From NCBI GenBank assembly GCA_008632985.1, contig QPGO01000021.1:186001-250000 (forward strand): a stretch of 64,000 nucleotides of DNA, given 5' to 3'. The DNA is from Psammoneis japonica (taxonomy: Eukaryota). The notes beneath the pieces were generated by a model, which saw only the letters and a list, made by a program, of their open reading frames with translations, was not told the origin of the DNA and searched no databases. Of this stretch, positions 49,400 to 62,639 are shown piece after piece. Made by a program: the position numbers and the translations under genes. Within the stretch, counting starts at the first letter, position 1; each line of letters starts with the position of its first letter.

Positions 49400-50270
49400 C
49401 AAGTGACCAAGAGGTGATGAGAGAATCCTGCTGCTGGTGGCAATGTGAGTGAACTGGACAACAGCCCCATTTTAGCATCACATTTGGTGCAACGCATCAT
49501 TGTTGTTGCCCAACAAAGCTTTTAAAGTGCATTTTGACCCTGCATGACACAGGACAAATCATCCAAGTCCTCTGCTCCCAGCAATGTTGAGGTCAATGGA
49601 TGTGCCTGTTGGCACACATGTCAACAATCACAAGATCATCCACTCTGCTCCCACTCAGAGTTTGTCCCACACTGGTGCTCTCGTGGGTTGCAGTGCCAGC
49701 GGCAACATTGCAGGTGATGATGTTCACGTCATTGCATGCACAGGCTGTCAAATTGACATTCAGACATTGCTTGGCAACTGCCAGAAGGTTGACATCCTGA
49801 TCAAATTGCTGCAGGTGGACGAGTCATCTGCGCGCAGCAAGATCTGACCACTGCCATCTTGTGCCAGTGTGCAAGCACACTGGCAAAACCATTTGCTCCT
49901 CTTGCAGCTGACTTGAGTGACACAAGAATAAAAAGTGACAGGCCCATCAAGTTTTTTCATGGGCTCCAACACACTGGCACCATTCTTAAGAGGTGTGCTG
50001 TTCTTGCTGACATTGAGGGTGGGCTGTCACACATCACCATGTGGCCACACAAGGAAAACAAGCAAGACTCACTTTCCTGCATCATGCTTGCCAGCAACAA
50101 CATGTGGGGCCCATCTGTGCTCAATCACACACTCTCAGATGATGGGCAATGCTGGTTTGGTGCTGTGCCTGGCCTCCAGGCCACCCTTGGCACCAAACTC
50201 TTCATGCCGTGCCATGTGCAACTCCATGTTCTCAGAGTCCTTGCAAGAGAATCACCTCTTCCTGATGTCT
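49400..50270 (+). pseudogene. Very degenerate Copia (CoDi) protease-region remnant
   Basis: GALVGCSASGNIAGDDVHVI resembles ALVDRGANGGIAGxDVRII; GGLSHITMWPH..LASNNMWGPSVLNH resembles GLPYIxMRPY..LTSDxxWDPSVLD (motifs recalled, not searched). Confidence 0.55.
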
Positions 50271-50299
50271 GATTTCTTCTGTGTTTGTCTCACAATGAG

Positions 50300-53200
50300 C
50301 ACATTTCAACTTCCAATTGCCCTGATTGCAAGCTGCTCTAATCTCATTTTGGCTTCCTGCCAACTGAGGCCATGTGTGCCACAAATTGGATGGCACCATG
50401 CAGCATGCTCACATGCCCCCCCCCCCCCCCACACCCATTTGAAGAAAGCCCGCAAACCTCCCAAGCAACCTGGCTCTCAATGTTTGCTGTGACAACAAAC
50501 CTGTGGCTGCCAAAACTGCACAGATGTGGGTGCATCAGCAATCTGCTGTCTGGCTGCACCAGCACCCAACAACTTTTCACACTTGTTCTGAGCCCCTGGT
50601 TTCCAACATCTGTGGTGCAAAAACTTGCAAGGAGCTTGCAAAGCAATGCCACTCTTGGGGACAGCATTCATCATCTGCAACTGCAGTGCTCCCTCCAAGA
50701 TTGTTGTGAGCAATCATGCCCAAACAATCAAGATTGGCAACAAGGTGCTGGGTGTGCCCCCCCCCAGGCCCCCTTTGTTCCCAGTTGGCAGAGCAAGCCT
50801 TGCTGTCCACACCAGAGCTTTGCTGAGCACCACCACCAGACCATCAAAAACATGGCCCACACAATTGTGAGCCATTTTGGCGGCTCTCCTGCCAACACTT
50901 GGTCCCTTGCTCTCATGTGTGCATGGCTGGGTGCTTCATTGTGGTGGGCCACAGTGCAGCCACAGGACTGTGCTGGTGCACCCATCACAAAGTTCTCAGT
51001 GGCTCTGCTGCTGATGCCAGTCCTCTGCTGTGTTTCTTCCATTGGCGGGAATCCATGCGCCACCACCTTGATGGTTCCAGCTGGCCACCTGAATCTTGCA
51101 AGTTGTGTGGATGCTTTGTTGACATTGCCACCCAACATGTTGGCCATTGGCAGATGACCTTCAAGATCCTTTCTGATGACACTTGGAGAAGATCCCATGT
51201 GTGCCCAATGTGTGCCCAGCTGTGCGCAATCCCTTGGCTTGCAAAACTTGTGTCTTGATCCTCCTGAAATGACAGCTCTGCTGACTCATCCAATGAGAGG
51301 ATGAGATGATACCCAAGACCCAAGATGCCAGTCCTCAGTCTTTAAGAAATCTGCACGTGCTGACAAATCAGAGCAGCCAGAGCTTTTGTGGTGGGATTTG
51401 ACACCAGACAAAGCAGAGTCCTCATCTGCCAATCCAGTGCTCTGAATCCTCTGGAAATTGTCAGATGCACACCTTTCTGATGAAGCCACAGGAGGATGGA
51501 CAGCACCATCAAGCTCACACTGTAAAAGCCATTGAGAAAAAGACTGCTTCCATGATGTCAATGGTGTGCTCTGTCTTGCACCTCACAAGCATGCTGAGTG
51601 GTGCATGGTTGATGGCCACGCACATCTCTTTTTGGCAGAAAACCCTGTGCCAACATGTTGTCTCCCTTGTGCAAGGGCGATCATCCTGAGCTTGATGCAC
51701 CTGATTCACTTGACTTGGAAGGCATGCAGCAGCTTCAATTTCTCATTAAATTTGTGCAATGGCTGGGCTGCCTCACTTGGATGTGCCAAGTGCTTTTCCC
51801 ATTTGCAAGTGCTCATCCAAGATGAGGCATGGAGCTTTGCACACCCACTTTGAAGAGCCAGGCTGCCCTGGCTTTCCAAAACCCATGCACAACTGGGCTC
51901 AGACCACCATTTGCAGCAATGCAGGGGAGATCTGCCCACCAGACAATGCACCTGAGCCCCTTGGCAAGTTCATCACATTGACTCGCTGCGCTGATGCCAG
52001 CTTGCTCCATTGCATGCTCTCTGGGTGGCAGGTTTGACATCCTCTGCTTTCTCAACAAGCTCCCTTTGTTGGTTTTCCAAAAGACAAGCTGTCATCAAGA
52101 CCATGGCTTGTGGGTCCAAGTTTGTTGCCATGCAAGGAATTGTGTGGAGCAGATCATCAACCTCCACACCACCTTGCATTGTCTTGGCATTCTGGNNNNN
52201 NNNNNNNNNNNNNNNNNNNNNNNNNNNNNNNNNNNNNNNNNNNNNNNNNNNNNNNNNNNNNNNNNNNNNNNNNNNNNNNNNNNNNNNNNNNNNNNNNNNN
52301 NNNNNNNNNNNNNNNNNNNNNNNNNNNNNNNNNNNNNNNNNNNNNNNNNNNNNNNNNNNNNNNNNNNNNNNNNNNNNNTCAACAAGCTCCTTTTCATTGA
52401 TGGCTCTTGCAATCTCACCAGCATTCTCAGCAAACATTTTTGGGGTTCTTCTCAGATTTAGAACCTCCTCTGGTGTCCTTGCCACATGATCCAGAGCTTT
52501 GGTCCCAAAGCCTTCAGCCAGTCCAGCAATGTTGGTGTGTCTCCTTTGATCAAAATGGGGAGAGCGGCAGTGTTTGAAAAAAAAGGATCTCAGTTGTGTG
52601 TGGTTGTTCTTGCACCCACTGCAGCTTGGTTTTGCTCACAGGTTTGCAGTTTTGCCCTTGAGCCACATGGCTTGATCACATCTCTCAGCAATTGCAATGG
52701 TCTTTGCATGGAGACTGACCTGCCATTTGACAGCAGTGCCAAGGTGGTGTTGTTGTTTCTTCCACCCAGCTCCTCTTTCATTTCTGTCAGCGTCAATGAC
52801 TGCACACACTTTTTGGTGTCTTTGGGCAGCGCACAAAGAAAGATGCTGGAGCAATTGTTTGACCAAGCTTGGGCGAAAGCAGGTGGTTTGCTTTGTGAGT
52901 TGCAAAGGAGCACACTGGTGCAGCCACCAGAGGGGATGATTTGGAAATTGTTGGGGAAGAAGTCACGCAGCAATGTTCAAAAGTTCAAAAGCAGCTGCCA
53001 TTTCAGTGGCTGCAAATTGCTTGTCAGAGTTTCACTTTGTTGCTGCGCCAGTGCTGTGCATCCACAGATTCTGCTGTGTCAAACACCAGATCATGTGTGG
53101 TTCATTGTCATTGTGCCTGGCAAGCTCTGGACACAAAGGACTTCTGCAGCAGCTGCCTTGTGGTCAAGTTTGCTTTCTTGTTCCATCTGTTGTCAACCAG

Positions 53201-53650
53201 TCTGCAGAAAACCAGTGGTGTTTTGAAGACTGGGGGTCATGCTGAAGACCATGAATGAGAGTGGGGCACATTTTCCTTTGTGTGCAACTTCAGTTCAAAA
53301 TTTGTGTGCTGTTTTGTTGCAGCTGTTTTTTGAAGGTTGCATTTGTTTTCACAAGTGCCGCACATTCTGTTTGTCAATGAACACACAACTTGCTTGCCAG
53401 TGCTGCCTTGTTTTGCAGCTTCTTTGTTCCCTTCAGCTTGACCCTTCTGATGACATCCACCAGTGTCTCAAAGATCTCTTGGCAGAGATTTTTCTGAGAG
53501 AGTGCAAAATGAAAGCTCAAATGACAAGAGAGCACAGCAACAAATCCCACAATTGCCTTTCACCCTTTGGCCACCACACCCAATGCCAGCCTGGAAGGCC
53601 ATGAGTTGCTTGACAAAGCAAAAAAATGACTTGACACAAATGACAAGCAA
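50300..53650 (-). pseudogene. Possible decayed non-LTR (LINE) retroelement
   Basis: KTEDWHLGSWV resembles the FKYLGS RT motif; otherwise too mutated to read. Confidence 0.3.
52196..52378. other. Assembly gap
   Basis: Run of N. Confidence 1.
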
Positions 53651-55840
53651 CTGGCCAAAAAGACAAGACACAATGAGCTGGCATGGACTGATGAGAGGTG
53701 CGGCACATTGTCCCTTGTTGTTTTGCTCTGTTTGCTCTGCAGCTCCACTGTGTGCCAGCAGCTTTACATTGTCTCAGGTTTGTTTGCATTTTTCCAAATG
53801 CAATTTAGCCAATGGCTGTCTTTGTGTTAAAAGAAAAACATGCTTTTGTGAATGAGCAAAGCACTGTTTTGGCTCACAAAATCTGCAAATCACTTTTTTT
53901 GTGAACAGCATCTTTTTTGTCCGTGCGCGCATGATGTTGCACAAACTCATTGTTTGATTGTTGGTGCCATCACTCTGGGTGTCAGACAAAGCAACAGTGA
54001 TCTTTCTGTGCTGGAGGGTTGCTTTGAAAAAAAAAACTGCTGCGCTTTGTGTGCAAGCTCCAGGTGTGCTCAGATTTTTGTTGCGGCAACTGCCAGATGG
54101 GGGGGTGGTCATCATGAGCAGCAGGACTGAGCTGTGCCAAATGCACCAAGCAATCCTGTCCAAGATGTTGGTGGATGGGGTTCCATCAAATGATGAGACA
54201 CATGACAGCTTGCAAAAAAGAAACAAGCTTGGTTTTGGACTGCAAAATGGCAAGTTTCAAAGGCACGGAAAAACTCAAGTCAGAAGCATGAAAAACATGC
54301 CAGACCCTGTGCCACCAGCCAGTGGCCACGTAGAATTGTTCAGGGTGCACACAAATTTTGTGCCACAGTGGCGCACATGATTTTCACAAAGTGGCACAGA
54401 CCCAGTGCAAAAGCAATGAATTTTTGAAGTTTTGTGGCACACACTCTCAGCATGTTGTGGCGCAGATTCGACATCAACAAGGCTTCGTGTGCAACATTCG
54501 CAACAACCAAGACAACAGAAGACCATTCACAAAATCTTGCTCCCACTTTGCACGTTGCAGCTGATGTGGTGTTGTTCATTCATCTCACTCATTTTCATCG
54601 TGGAACCTCCTGATGACACAGGGTGTCTTTCAGGAGGCATGTGCATCGGTCTGATCATTGCCCCCCCCCCCTCTTTGGGCAAGAATGGGGTGTGGTTTGC
54701 TTGAAGCAACCAGACCAGCCACAAGGAGCTTGCAGTGGAGAGCTGGCAAGCAAAGCACTGGGCTGCACCACAAGGCACTGGCTGATGGGACAGCATTGGG
54801 CAAGCACAACCACAAGCATTTTCCTGAGGGCACTTTGCACCACAAGTGACAAAGCCAGAAACATGGACTGAGAAACACAGGCAGCCAGGTTTTGTTCAGC
54901 TGGCCACCCAAAATTCAAGCAGGGGTGCAGCCAGAATGAAGAAGGCTGCAGCAGGTCAATTTGGGGTCCCAGCGGGAACTTGCTTTGCATGTTTGTCAAC
55001 AGCCTGAAGCAGAAACACCATGGCTGCACTGGAAATCTAAAGGTGGGGGCGGGTGATGGGGTGGATCTTGCAAGTTCTGTCAAGATTTTGTGATGCACAA
55101 GGCCAAAATTTGGGTGCAGCATCCACAGATGCTTTGGGAGAGATGGTGCAAATTTGTCAAGGCAGGCACTTCTGACAGCATGGGTGGGGAAGGCCAGCGC
55201 TTGTTGCTGAAGATCTTTGCAAAGATCTTTTGAAGAGAGTGACATTGCATTTTCTCGCTTGGAGGCTTCAGAGAATTGTTTGAACACAATGGGGTCAAAC
55301 CTGCCAAAGTGTGCATCGAATTTTGCAGAACAAAGAAGACACAGATCCGCGGCAGTGGCCAAGCTGGCGGGGCAAGGCTTGGAAAGAAACAAGCTGCCCA
55401 AGAAGCCATGATTGGCTGGCGGCAAAACACTCCTCACAAAAGATGCCACTGTCAAGCTGCCACAGACTGACATGACTCCACAGCTGCGTGCTGTGGGAGC
55501 TTTGCTGTCAAGCACAAAATCACAGCACCTCAAGTCACAGACAAGCTGCTTTGCAGGCAGAAGCACAGCCAAGGGCCGCAAGTTGACAGCCCCACAACTT
55601 CTTCTCTTTTTCTCCTTTTTCCTTCTTTTTCCTCTCTCTCTCTTCTCTCCTTTCTCCTTTTCATTTTATTCTTCTGGGCCGCCTCCGGCGGCCACCTCTT
55701 TTATTCTTCCCACATGCCAAAATCTCGCAAAAGAGCAACAGCAATCTTTCGCGCTGTAGAGTCATTTACGTAGAAATGTGTAGAACAGTACCAAGATAAT
55801 TGTTGAAAAGTCTGTTTGTCTGTCCTTAGTGAATTTTAAC

Positions 55841-55947
55841 TTTGCGAAAAATGGACTTGACTGTTTTTCTGATCAGGCGTATTTTTCTTCAATACATTTG
55901 CAAAAATACGCCTGACCCGACAACAGTCAAGTCTATTTTTGCACAAA
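55841..55947. repeat. Long imperfect inverted repeat (hairpin)
   Basis: GACTTGACTGTT..TCAGGCGTATTTTT paired with AAAAATACGCCTGA..AACAGTCAAGTC. Confidence 0.8.
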
Positions 55948-56161
55948 TTGTGTGAACATATCAGTTTCAGTACAAAAACGTGTAGATTCTACAGGCGTCC
56001 ATAATTATTTTATGCTTTTTACGTCACGGGTCATTTTCGAAAGATTCCTATTGGAGAAGCACCAGAGAGAAGGTTGAAGATCTCTCAACGGACGTTCATG
56101 CGTTGGACCGTTAAGCGACCGTTAGACAGAGCAATCTCATTCTGTCAATCTGCATCATCTC

Positions 56162-58773
56162 GGCAATTTTTTCATGTTCGTGGCCGGTTAAAGGAAAAGA
56201 GAAAAAAAGAGGGGAATCAACCGTTGAACACACACACACAATTGACCATGCAACCATGGCCAGAGTTGCACTGGCTTCTTTTGATCCAGGGTGGTTGCTG
56301 CAGGTGCAAAGAGTGGGGCACATTGCAGTTGCAGGAGGGTGACAATGTGGCACTGAGTGTGTGCCACCAGGCTGAGCAGCCCAGCTTGGGTGTCAGCCAA
56401 GCCCTGCCAGGCCAGCTGCCCTGGCTCCAGCTGCTCTTCCCAGTGTGCGTGAGTTGTTGAAGGAGCACCACATTGACTCAAAGGCTGTGTTTTAAGTGGG
56501 GCAGAGAGAAAAAACTGTTGTCTTGGCTGGTGCTTGCTTCAGACCCTGCATCATGAGCACAAGCTCCTCTTGAGAAATGAGCGAGAACAGCCATTTTTGG
56601 CGCCTCTCTTTGGTTGCGCACTTGGCATTGCCAACAAATCTTGAACCAAACTTCACTCACAGTTTCTTCACTCTTCAACCACAAAACCAGGTTCAACTTT
56701 TTGTTGGCTTCTTTGTGGCTGGGGTCGCTGTTGCAGGCACAAATGGTGGGCACATGCCATGTGGCTGCTTGGCAACAAGAATGTGATGCCAAGCATGTGC
56801 TGCACACCAAGGAGCCAAGCAGCCCAGCCCAGCTTTGAATGGAGCCCCAGGACAGCAGCCAACTCTGGGTGATCTCAGCATGGTGTGCTTGTTTGGGCTG
56901 TGCTGCACTCACCCCACAGTGCTCTGTGTTGTGGTGGCTTGTTGTGCAAGCCGTGTGGCTGAAGAGCCAGCAGCCAGCCAGGGCCCATCTTGCAAAGGCC
57001 ACACATGTTGACCCTGTGCAAAGCTGTGTGAGGGGGCAGGCACAGGGATTTGCAATGATGGCTTCACAGCCATTGGCCCCAAGTTGGCATTTGATTGGGA
57101 GCCAGTGCTGAGGGGCTGTGAAGTGTGGGGTTGGGAGCCCAGCCAGCTCGCACTCTCTTTGTTGTCACAAAGTGCTGCCACAGCTGTCTTTGCATTGCAA
57201 CCAGCCAGGTGCGGTTGACCCCAAGTTGGCACTTGATTTGGAGTGACTGCCAAGGAGCTGTGAAGTGTGGGGTTGGGCAGTCCAGCCAGCTCACACTCTT
57301 TGCTGACAGCAGAAAGCGCTGTCGCAGCTGTCCTTGCGCACACATGGCCAGAGCAGCCTTGGCACATCCTGCTGACAAAACTGACAAAGACAGCGACTCT
57401 TGTGGTTGAGCCACTCAGCACGCAGGAGATCTGGGCACACTCCTGGGAAGTCAAACAGGAAGGAGGGCTGAGCATTGCCGCCAGTGCCAGGCACAAATGT
57501 CAGCTTGTCTTGAGAGAGATTCGAGCCCACACAGCCCCGCGTTGGGCATCTTTGCTGGCAAAATGGAAAGCATTCTTGAGCACATTCTGGCATGTGGGCA
57601 GCACTGTCACCAAGAGGGCTGCTCTGCAGAGGAAGAGGGAAACAGGCAACAACATTTTGCAAGAACTGTTTTGTGTCAATGGTCGGGTGGGATGTGGCAG
57701 CATCTGGACTTTGATGGAGCATTTGGCGGACAAAGCTTGAGCACAGAGAGTTGTCCACCCAAGCTCCACAAGTGGCACTTTCCAAAGGTGACACCACACA
57801 TGGGCCATGTGTTCATGCATCAACATGCCTCAAGCTGCAAGTCACACAAAAAAACCACCACCAACCTTTCAGCCAACCACCATCATGGACAGAACAGGTC
57901 AAGAGGTTCAAAACAAGAGCGATTCATTGACTCTCTTCTGGTTCCATGCATTCAAGAGCTTCTTGTCCTTCTCAAATGTTTGTTGTGCATTGTTGTCTCT
58001 TTTAATTCAAGTGCAAAGAGGAGTCACTTTTCTTGTTTCCATCTCTTGAGATGTTGTTGGTTGTTGAGTGATGCAACTTTTGTTGTCACATTTTTGGAAA
58101 TGTTGGCAAACCCGATCACTGCTTGATTGTCAACCCATTTGCTGTTTTAAGTCTCCATGGCATAAAATGCCATAATTCCAGAGCCCTCAATTGTTTCATC
58201 AAACGCAGTGCTTTGAAACACGTCCAACATCAACTCGACTCAGTTGAAATCCCAGTTTGTGGGCGATGAAAAATCACGAATGTCAAACAAATGGCTACTT
58301 TCGACATCAAGATCCCCGAGTTCAATCCAAATGTGACGGTACGCCTCACAGCTTATGGCCATGACACATACAAGCATGCCTCATTGTCATCGCGTCGAGC
58401 ACTCGTATCGAAAATGCCGATAGATCAAAGTTCAGGAAAAGGATGGAATACAAATTCATTTGTGTATTCATTAGTGGCATTGGCGTAATGATATTTACGG
58501 CAGAAGCAATCTAAAATCCTTATTCATCATTGACATTTCTGTATTGCTCAGATTTTGAAATCTGACCACTACCGTTAAGCATTTAGCTGTCTTTGTATGG
58601 AAGTGGAAATGACACTTAACGATTTACACTAACCATTTAGCTTTCTTTGTGTCGAAGTGGAAATGACACTTAACGATTTACACTAACCATTTAGCTTACT
58701 TTGGCTCGAAGTCAGACAAAGAGATTGGGCTATGGGCTTGTCGTTAACCAGCCACGAGCATGAAATCTTTACC
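56162..58773. mobile_element. Merlin-like TIR element, copy 1 of tandem dimer
   Basis: 30-bp imperfect TIR GGYAA..TTTCATGYTCGTGGCYGGTTAA; 8-bp TSD ATCATCTC (56154-56161, 61391-61398); no recognisable transposase. Confidence 0.8.
58580..58712. repeat. 54-bp subterminal tandem repeat, about 2.5 copies (also at about 61197-61329)
   Basis: CATTTAGCT...GAAGTGGAAATGACACTTAACGATTTACACTAAC unit. Confidence 0.85.
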
Positions 58774-58779
58774 ATCATC

Positions 58780-61390
58780 GGCAATTTTTTCATGTTCGTG
58801 GCCGGTTAAAGGAAAAGAGAAAAAAAGAGGGGAATCAACCATTGAACACACACACACAATTGACCATGCAACCATGGCCAGAGTTGCACTGGCTTCTTTT
58901 GATCCAGGGTGGTTGCTGCAGGTGCAAAGAGTGGGGCACATTGCAGTTGCAGGAGGGTGACAATGTGGCACTGAGTGTGTGCCACCAGGCTGAGCAGCCC
59001 AGCTTGGGTGTCAGCCAAGCCCTGCCAGGCCAGCTGCCCTGGCTCCAGCTGCTCTTCCCAGTGTGCGTGAGTTGTTGAAGGAGCACCACATTGACTCAAA
59101 GGCTGTGTTTTAAGTGGGGCAGAGAGAAAAAACTGTTGTCTTGGCTGGTGCTTGCTTCAGACCCTGCATCATGAGCACAAGCTCCTCTTGAGAAATGAGC
59201 GAGAACAGCCATTTTTGGCGCCTCTCTTTGGTTGCGCACTTGGCATTGCCAACAAATCTTGAACCAAACTTCACTCACAGTTTCTTCACTCTTCAACCAC
59301 AAAACCAGGTTCAACTTTTTGTTGGCTTCTTTGTGGCTGGGGTCGCTGTTGCAGGCACAAATGGTGGGCACATGCCATGTGGCTGCTTGGCAACAAGAAT
59401 GTGATGCCAAGCATGTGCTGCACACCAAGGAGCCAAGCAGCCCAGCCCAGCTTTGAATGGAGCCCCAGGACAGCAGCCAACTCTGGGTGATCTCAGCATG
59501 GTGTGCTTGTTTGGGCTGTGCTGCACTCACCCCACAGTGCTCTGTGTTGTGGTGGCTTGTTGTGCAAGCCGTGTGGCTGAAGAGCCAGCAGCCAGCCAGG
59601 GCCCATCTTGCAAAGGCCACACATGTTGACCCTGTGCAAAGCTGTGTGAGGGGGCAGGCACAGGGATTTGCAATGATGGCTTCACAGCCATTGGCCCCAA
59701 GTTGGCATTTGATTGGGAGCCAGTGCTGAGGGGCTGTGAAGTGTGGGGTTGGGAGCCCAGCCAGCTCGCACTCTCTTTGTTGTCACAAAGTGCTGCCACA
59801 GCTGTCTTTGCATTGCAACCAGCCAGGTGCGGTTGACCCCAAGTTGGCACTTGATTTGGAGTGACTGCCAAGGAGCTGTGAAGTGTGGGGTTGGGCAGTC
59901 CAGCCAGCTCACACTCTTTGCTGACAGCAGAAAGCGCTGTCGCAGCTGTCCTTGCGCACACATGGCCAGAGCAGCCTTGGCACATCCTGCTGACAAAACT
60001 GACAAAGACAGCGACTCTTGTGGTTGAGCCACTCAGCACGCAGGAGATCTGGGCACACTCCTGGGAAGTCAAACAGGAAGGAGGGCTGAGCATTGCCGCC
60101 AGTGCCAGGCACAAATGTCAGCTTGTCTTGAGAGAGATTCGAGCCCACACAGCCCCGCGTTGGGCATCTTTGCTGGCAAAATGGAAAGCATTCTTGAGCA
60201 CATTCTGGCATGTGGGCAGCACTGTCACCAAGAGGGCTGCTCTGCAGAGGAAGAGGGAAACAGGCAACAACATTTTGCAAGAACTGTTTTGTGTCAATGG
60301 TCGGGTGGGATGTGGCAGCATCTGGACTTTGATGGAGCATTTGGCGGACAAAGCTTGAGCACAGAGAGTTGTCCACCCAAGCTCCACAAGTGGCACTTTC
60401 CAAAGGTGACACCACACATGGGCCATGTGTTCATGCATCAACATGCCTCAAGCTGCAAGTCACACAAAAAACCACCACCAACCTTTCAGCCAACCACCAT
60501 CATGGACAGAACAGGTCAAGAGGTTCAAAACAAGAGCGATTCATTGACTCTCTTCTGGTTCCATGCATTCAAGAGCTTCTTGTCCTTCTCAAATGTTTGT
60601 TGTGCATTGTTGTCTCTTTTAATTCAAGTGCAAAGAGGAGTCACTTTTCTTGTTTCCATCTCTTGAGATGTTGTTGGTTGTTGAGTGATGCAACTTTTGT
60701 TGTCACATTTTTGGAAATGTTGGCAAACCCGATCACTGCTTGATTGTCAACCCATTTGCTGTTTTGAGTCTCCATGGCATAAAATGCCATAATTCCAGAG
60801 CCCTCAATTGTTTCATCAAACGCAGTGCTTTGAAACACGTCCAACATCAACTCGACTCAGTTGAAATCCCAGTTTGTGGGCGATGAAAAATCACGAATGT
60901 CAAACAAATGGCTACTTTCGACATCAAGATCCCCGAGTTCAATCCAAATGTGACGGTACGCCTCACAGCTTATGGCCATGACACATACAAGCATGCCTCA
61001 TTGTCATCGCGTCGAGCACTCGTATCGAAAATGCCGATAGATCAAAGTTCAGGAAAAGGATGGAATACAAATTCATTTGTGTATTCATTAGTGGCATTGG
61101 CGTAATGATATTTACGGCAGAAGCAATCTAAAATCCTTATTCATCATTGACATTTCTGTATTGCTCAGATTTTGAAATCTGACCACTACCGTTAAGCATT
61201 TAGCTGTCTTTGTATGGAAGTGGAAATGACACTTAACGATTTACACTAACCATTTAGCTTTCTTTGTGTCGAAGTGGAAATGACACTTAACGATTTACAC
61301 TAACCATTTAGCTTACTTTGGCTCGAAGTCAGACAAAGAGATTGGGCTATGGGCTTGTCGTTAACCAGCCACGAGCATGAAATCTTTACC
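58780..61390. mobile_element. Merlin-like TIR element, copy 2 of tandem dimer
   Basis: Near-identical repeat at offset 2618; spacer ATCATC. Confidence 0.8.
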
Positions 61391-61512
61391 ATCATCTCCC
61401 ACTCTTTTCGAAGAAAGCAAAAAAGCACCTAAAAAAAAAAACACAAACAGCAAGGTCGCCTCAGGTCAGCTTGTTACTTATTCAATCAACTGCCTTTTTC
61501 TTACAAACAACT

Positions 61513-62340
61513 ATGAGATCACGTCTCTCTTTCGCCAAGGATCGGCATCCTCCATTCAATGTCTTCGTAGTGGTTGTCACCATGTCGCTGTTTGCGTGCA
61601 CGTATTATGTTGTGCAGCTGCAGCAGCAACAACATTCGCTTCAAGGATCGTCCTCACAACGAAAGCAAGAGCATTGTAACCCGGATATCATTTATAGAGG
61701 ACCAGCTGGCTTGCCAGCGTTACGAAATCGAAACTTGTTGGGAGTGCTCATGGAATCACGAGGATTTACAGACGGTGCCGAGGTGGGGGTGAAAAAAGCT
61801 GTAAATGCTCAAACGATTTTGAAAGCCTGGAAATCTGTGCAATCCTTCAAATTGATTGATCTGTGGGGTCATCAACCGAACTACAAGGATATAGCAAATG
61901 TTCCAGATGAACAACAAGAACAAGTCTTTCAACAAGCAAAGCAAACCCTGTCGGCATGGTCGTCCAAGACGGAATTTATGCGTATGTTGTCCACGGAAGC
62001 GGCAAAGAAGATTCCTGACCAAAGCTTGGATTTTGTATACATTGATGCTCGCCATGATTATTGCGGCGTCAAGGAAGACATTGAAGCTTTCTATCCAAAG
62101 CTTCGACCAGGTGGTATATTGGCAGGTCACGATTTCTTGGACGCAGATGAAGTCAAGAAGATAACTCCGCAACAAGATTGGTCACTTTGTATGAACGGAA
62201 CTGTCAACCAATTAGCCGTCAAGGGGGCCGTGGAGGAATTTGCCTATCAAAATGGACTGGTTACGTCGGTCATGTACGATGATGGTAACTGGCCGAGCTG
62301 GATGCTTCAAAAGCCCACGCGGCCCGAGTGCGTTAAATAG
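61513..62340 (+). CDS. Class I SAM-dependent methyltransferase, paralog of 47697-48524
   Basis: Same motifs; long identical peptide MRMLSTEAAKKIPDQSLDFVYIDARHDY...AGHDFLDA. Confidence 0.9.
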   Translation: MRSRLSFAKDRHPPFNVFVVVVTMSLFACTYYVVQLQQQQHSLQGSSSQRKQEHCNPDIIYRGPAGLPALRNRNLLGVLMESRGFTDGAEVGVKKAVNAQTILKAWKSVQSFKLIDLWGHQPNYKDIANVPDEQQEQVFQQAKQTLSAWSSKTEFMRMLSTEAAKKIPDQSLDFVYIDARHDYCGVKEDIEAFYPKLRPGGILAGHDFLDADEVKKITPQQDWSLCMNGTVNQLAVKGAVEEFAYQNGLVTSVMYDDGNWPSWMLQKPTRPECVK

Positions 62341-62639
62341 ATGCACGGGAAAAAGGTGGAACTTCCCTTTTTTTTCAGGATGCAGTTCAATTGGTACTAT
62401 TGTTCTGCTAGCTAGAGAAGCCTGCAGATTCTTGAGCCCCGCGCCCAATCATTCTATCGCGAGGCGAACAAGGAATATCTGGAATGATGGAGTTGGGTAC
62501 TACACGTAGCTTACGAACGGTCGACTAATTTTCTATTTACAGTAGCAACACCAGCACTATACAAGGTCTCGTGATTGTCGTTGCTACTTTCAGAGTTGTT
62601 GGCAATACCAGCAGGTGGCTCCATTTGGAAAAAAGTTTA

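Larger units (their letters stand above)
48950..55600. mobile_element. Nested pile of hypermutated transposon relics
   Basis: About 6.6 kb almost devoid of TA and CG, with dense spurious ORFs. Confidence 0.65.

Noticed and set aside
58580..58712. CRISPR-like array (also 21744-21815)
   Set aside because: Contiguous repeats without unique spacers, no cas genes, eukaryotic context
48950..60800. Dense overlapping Cys/His/Gln/Trp-rich ORFs (also 13.7-17 kb and 27.5-31.4 kb)
   Set aside because: Artefact of TA loss removing TAA/TAG stops in all frames; no domains recognisable
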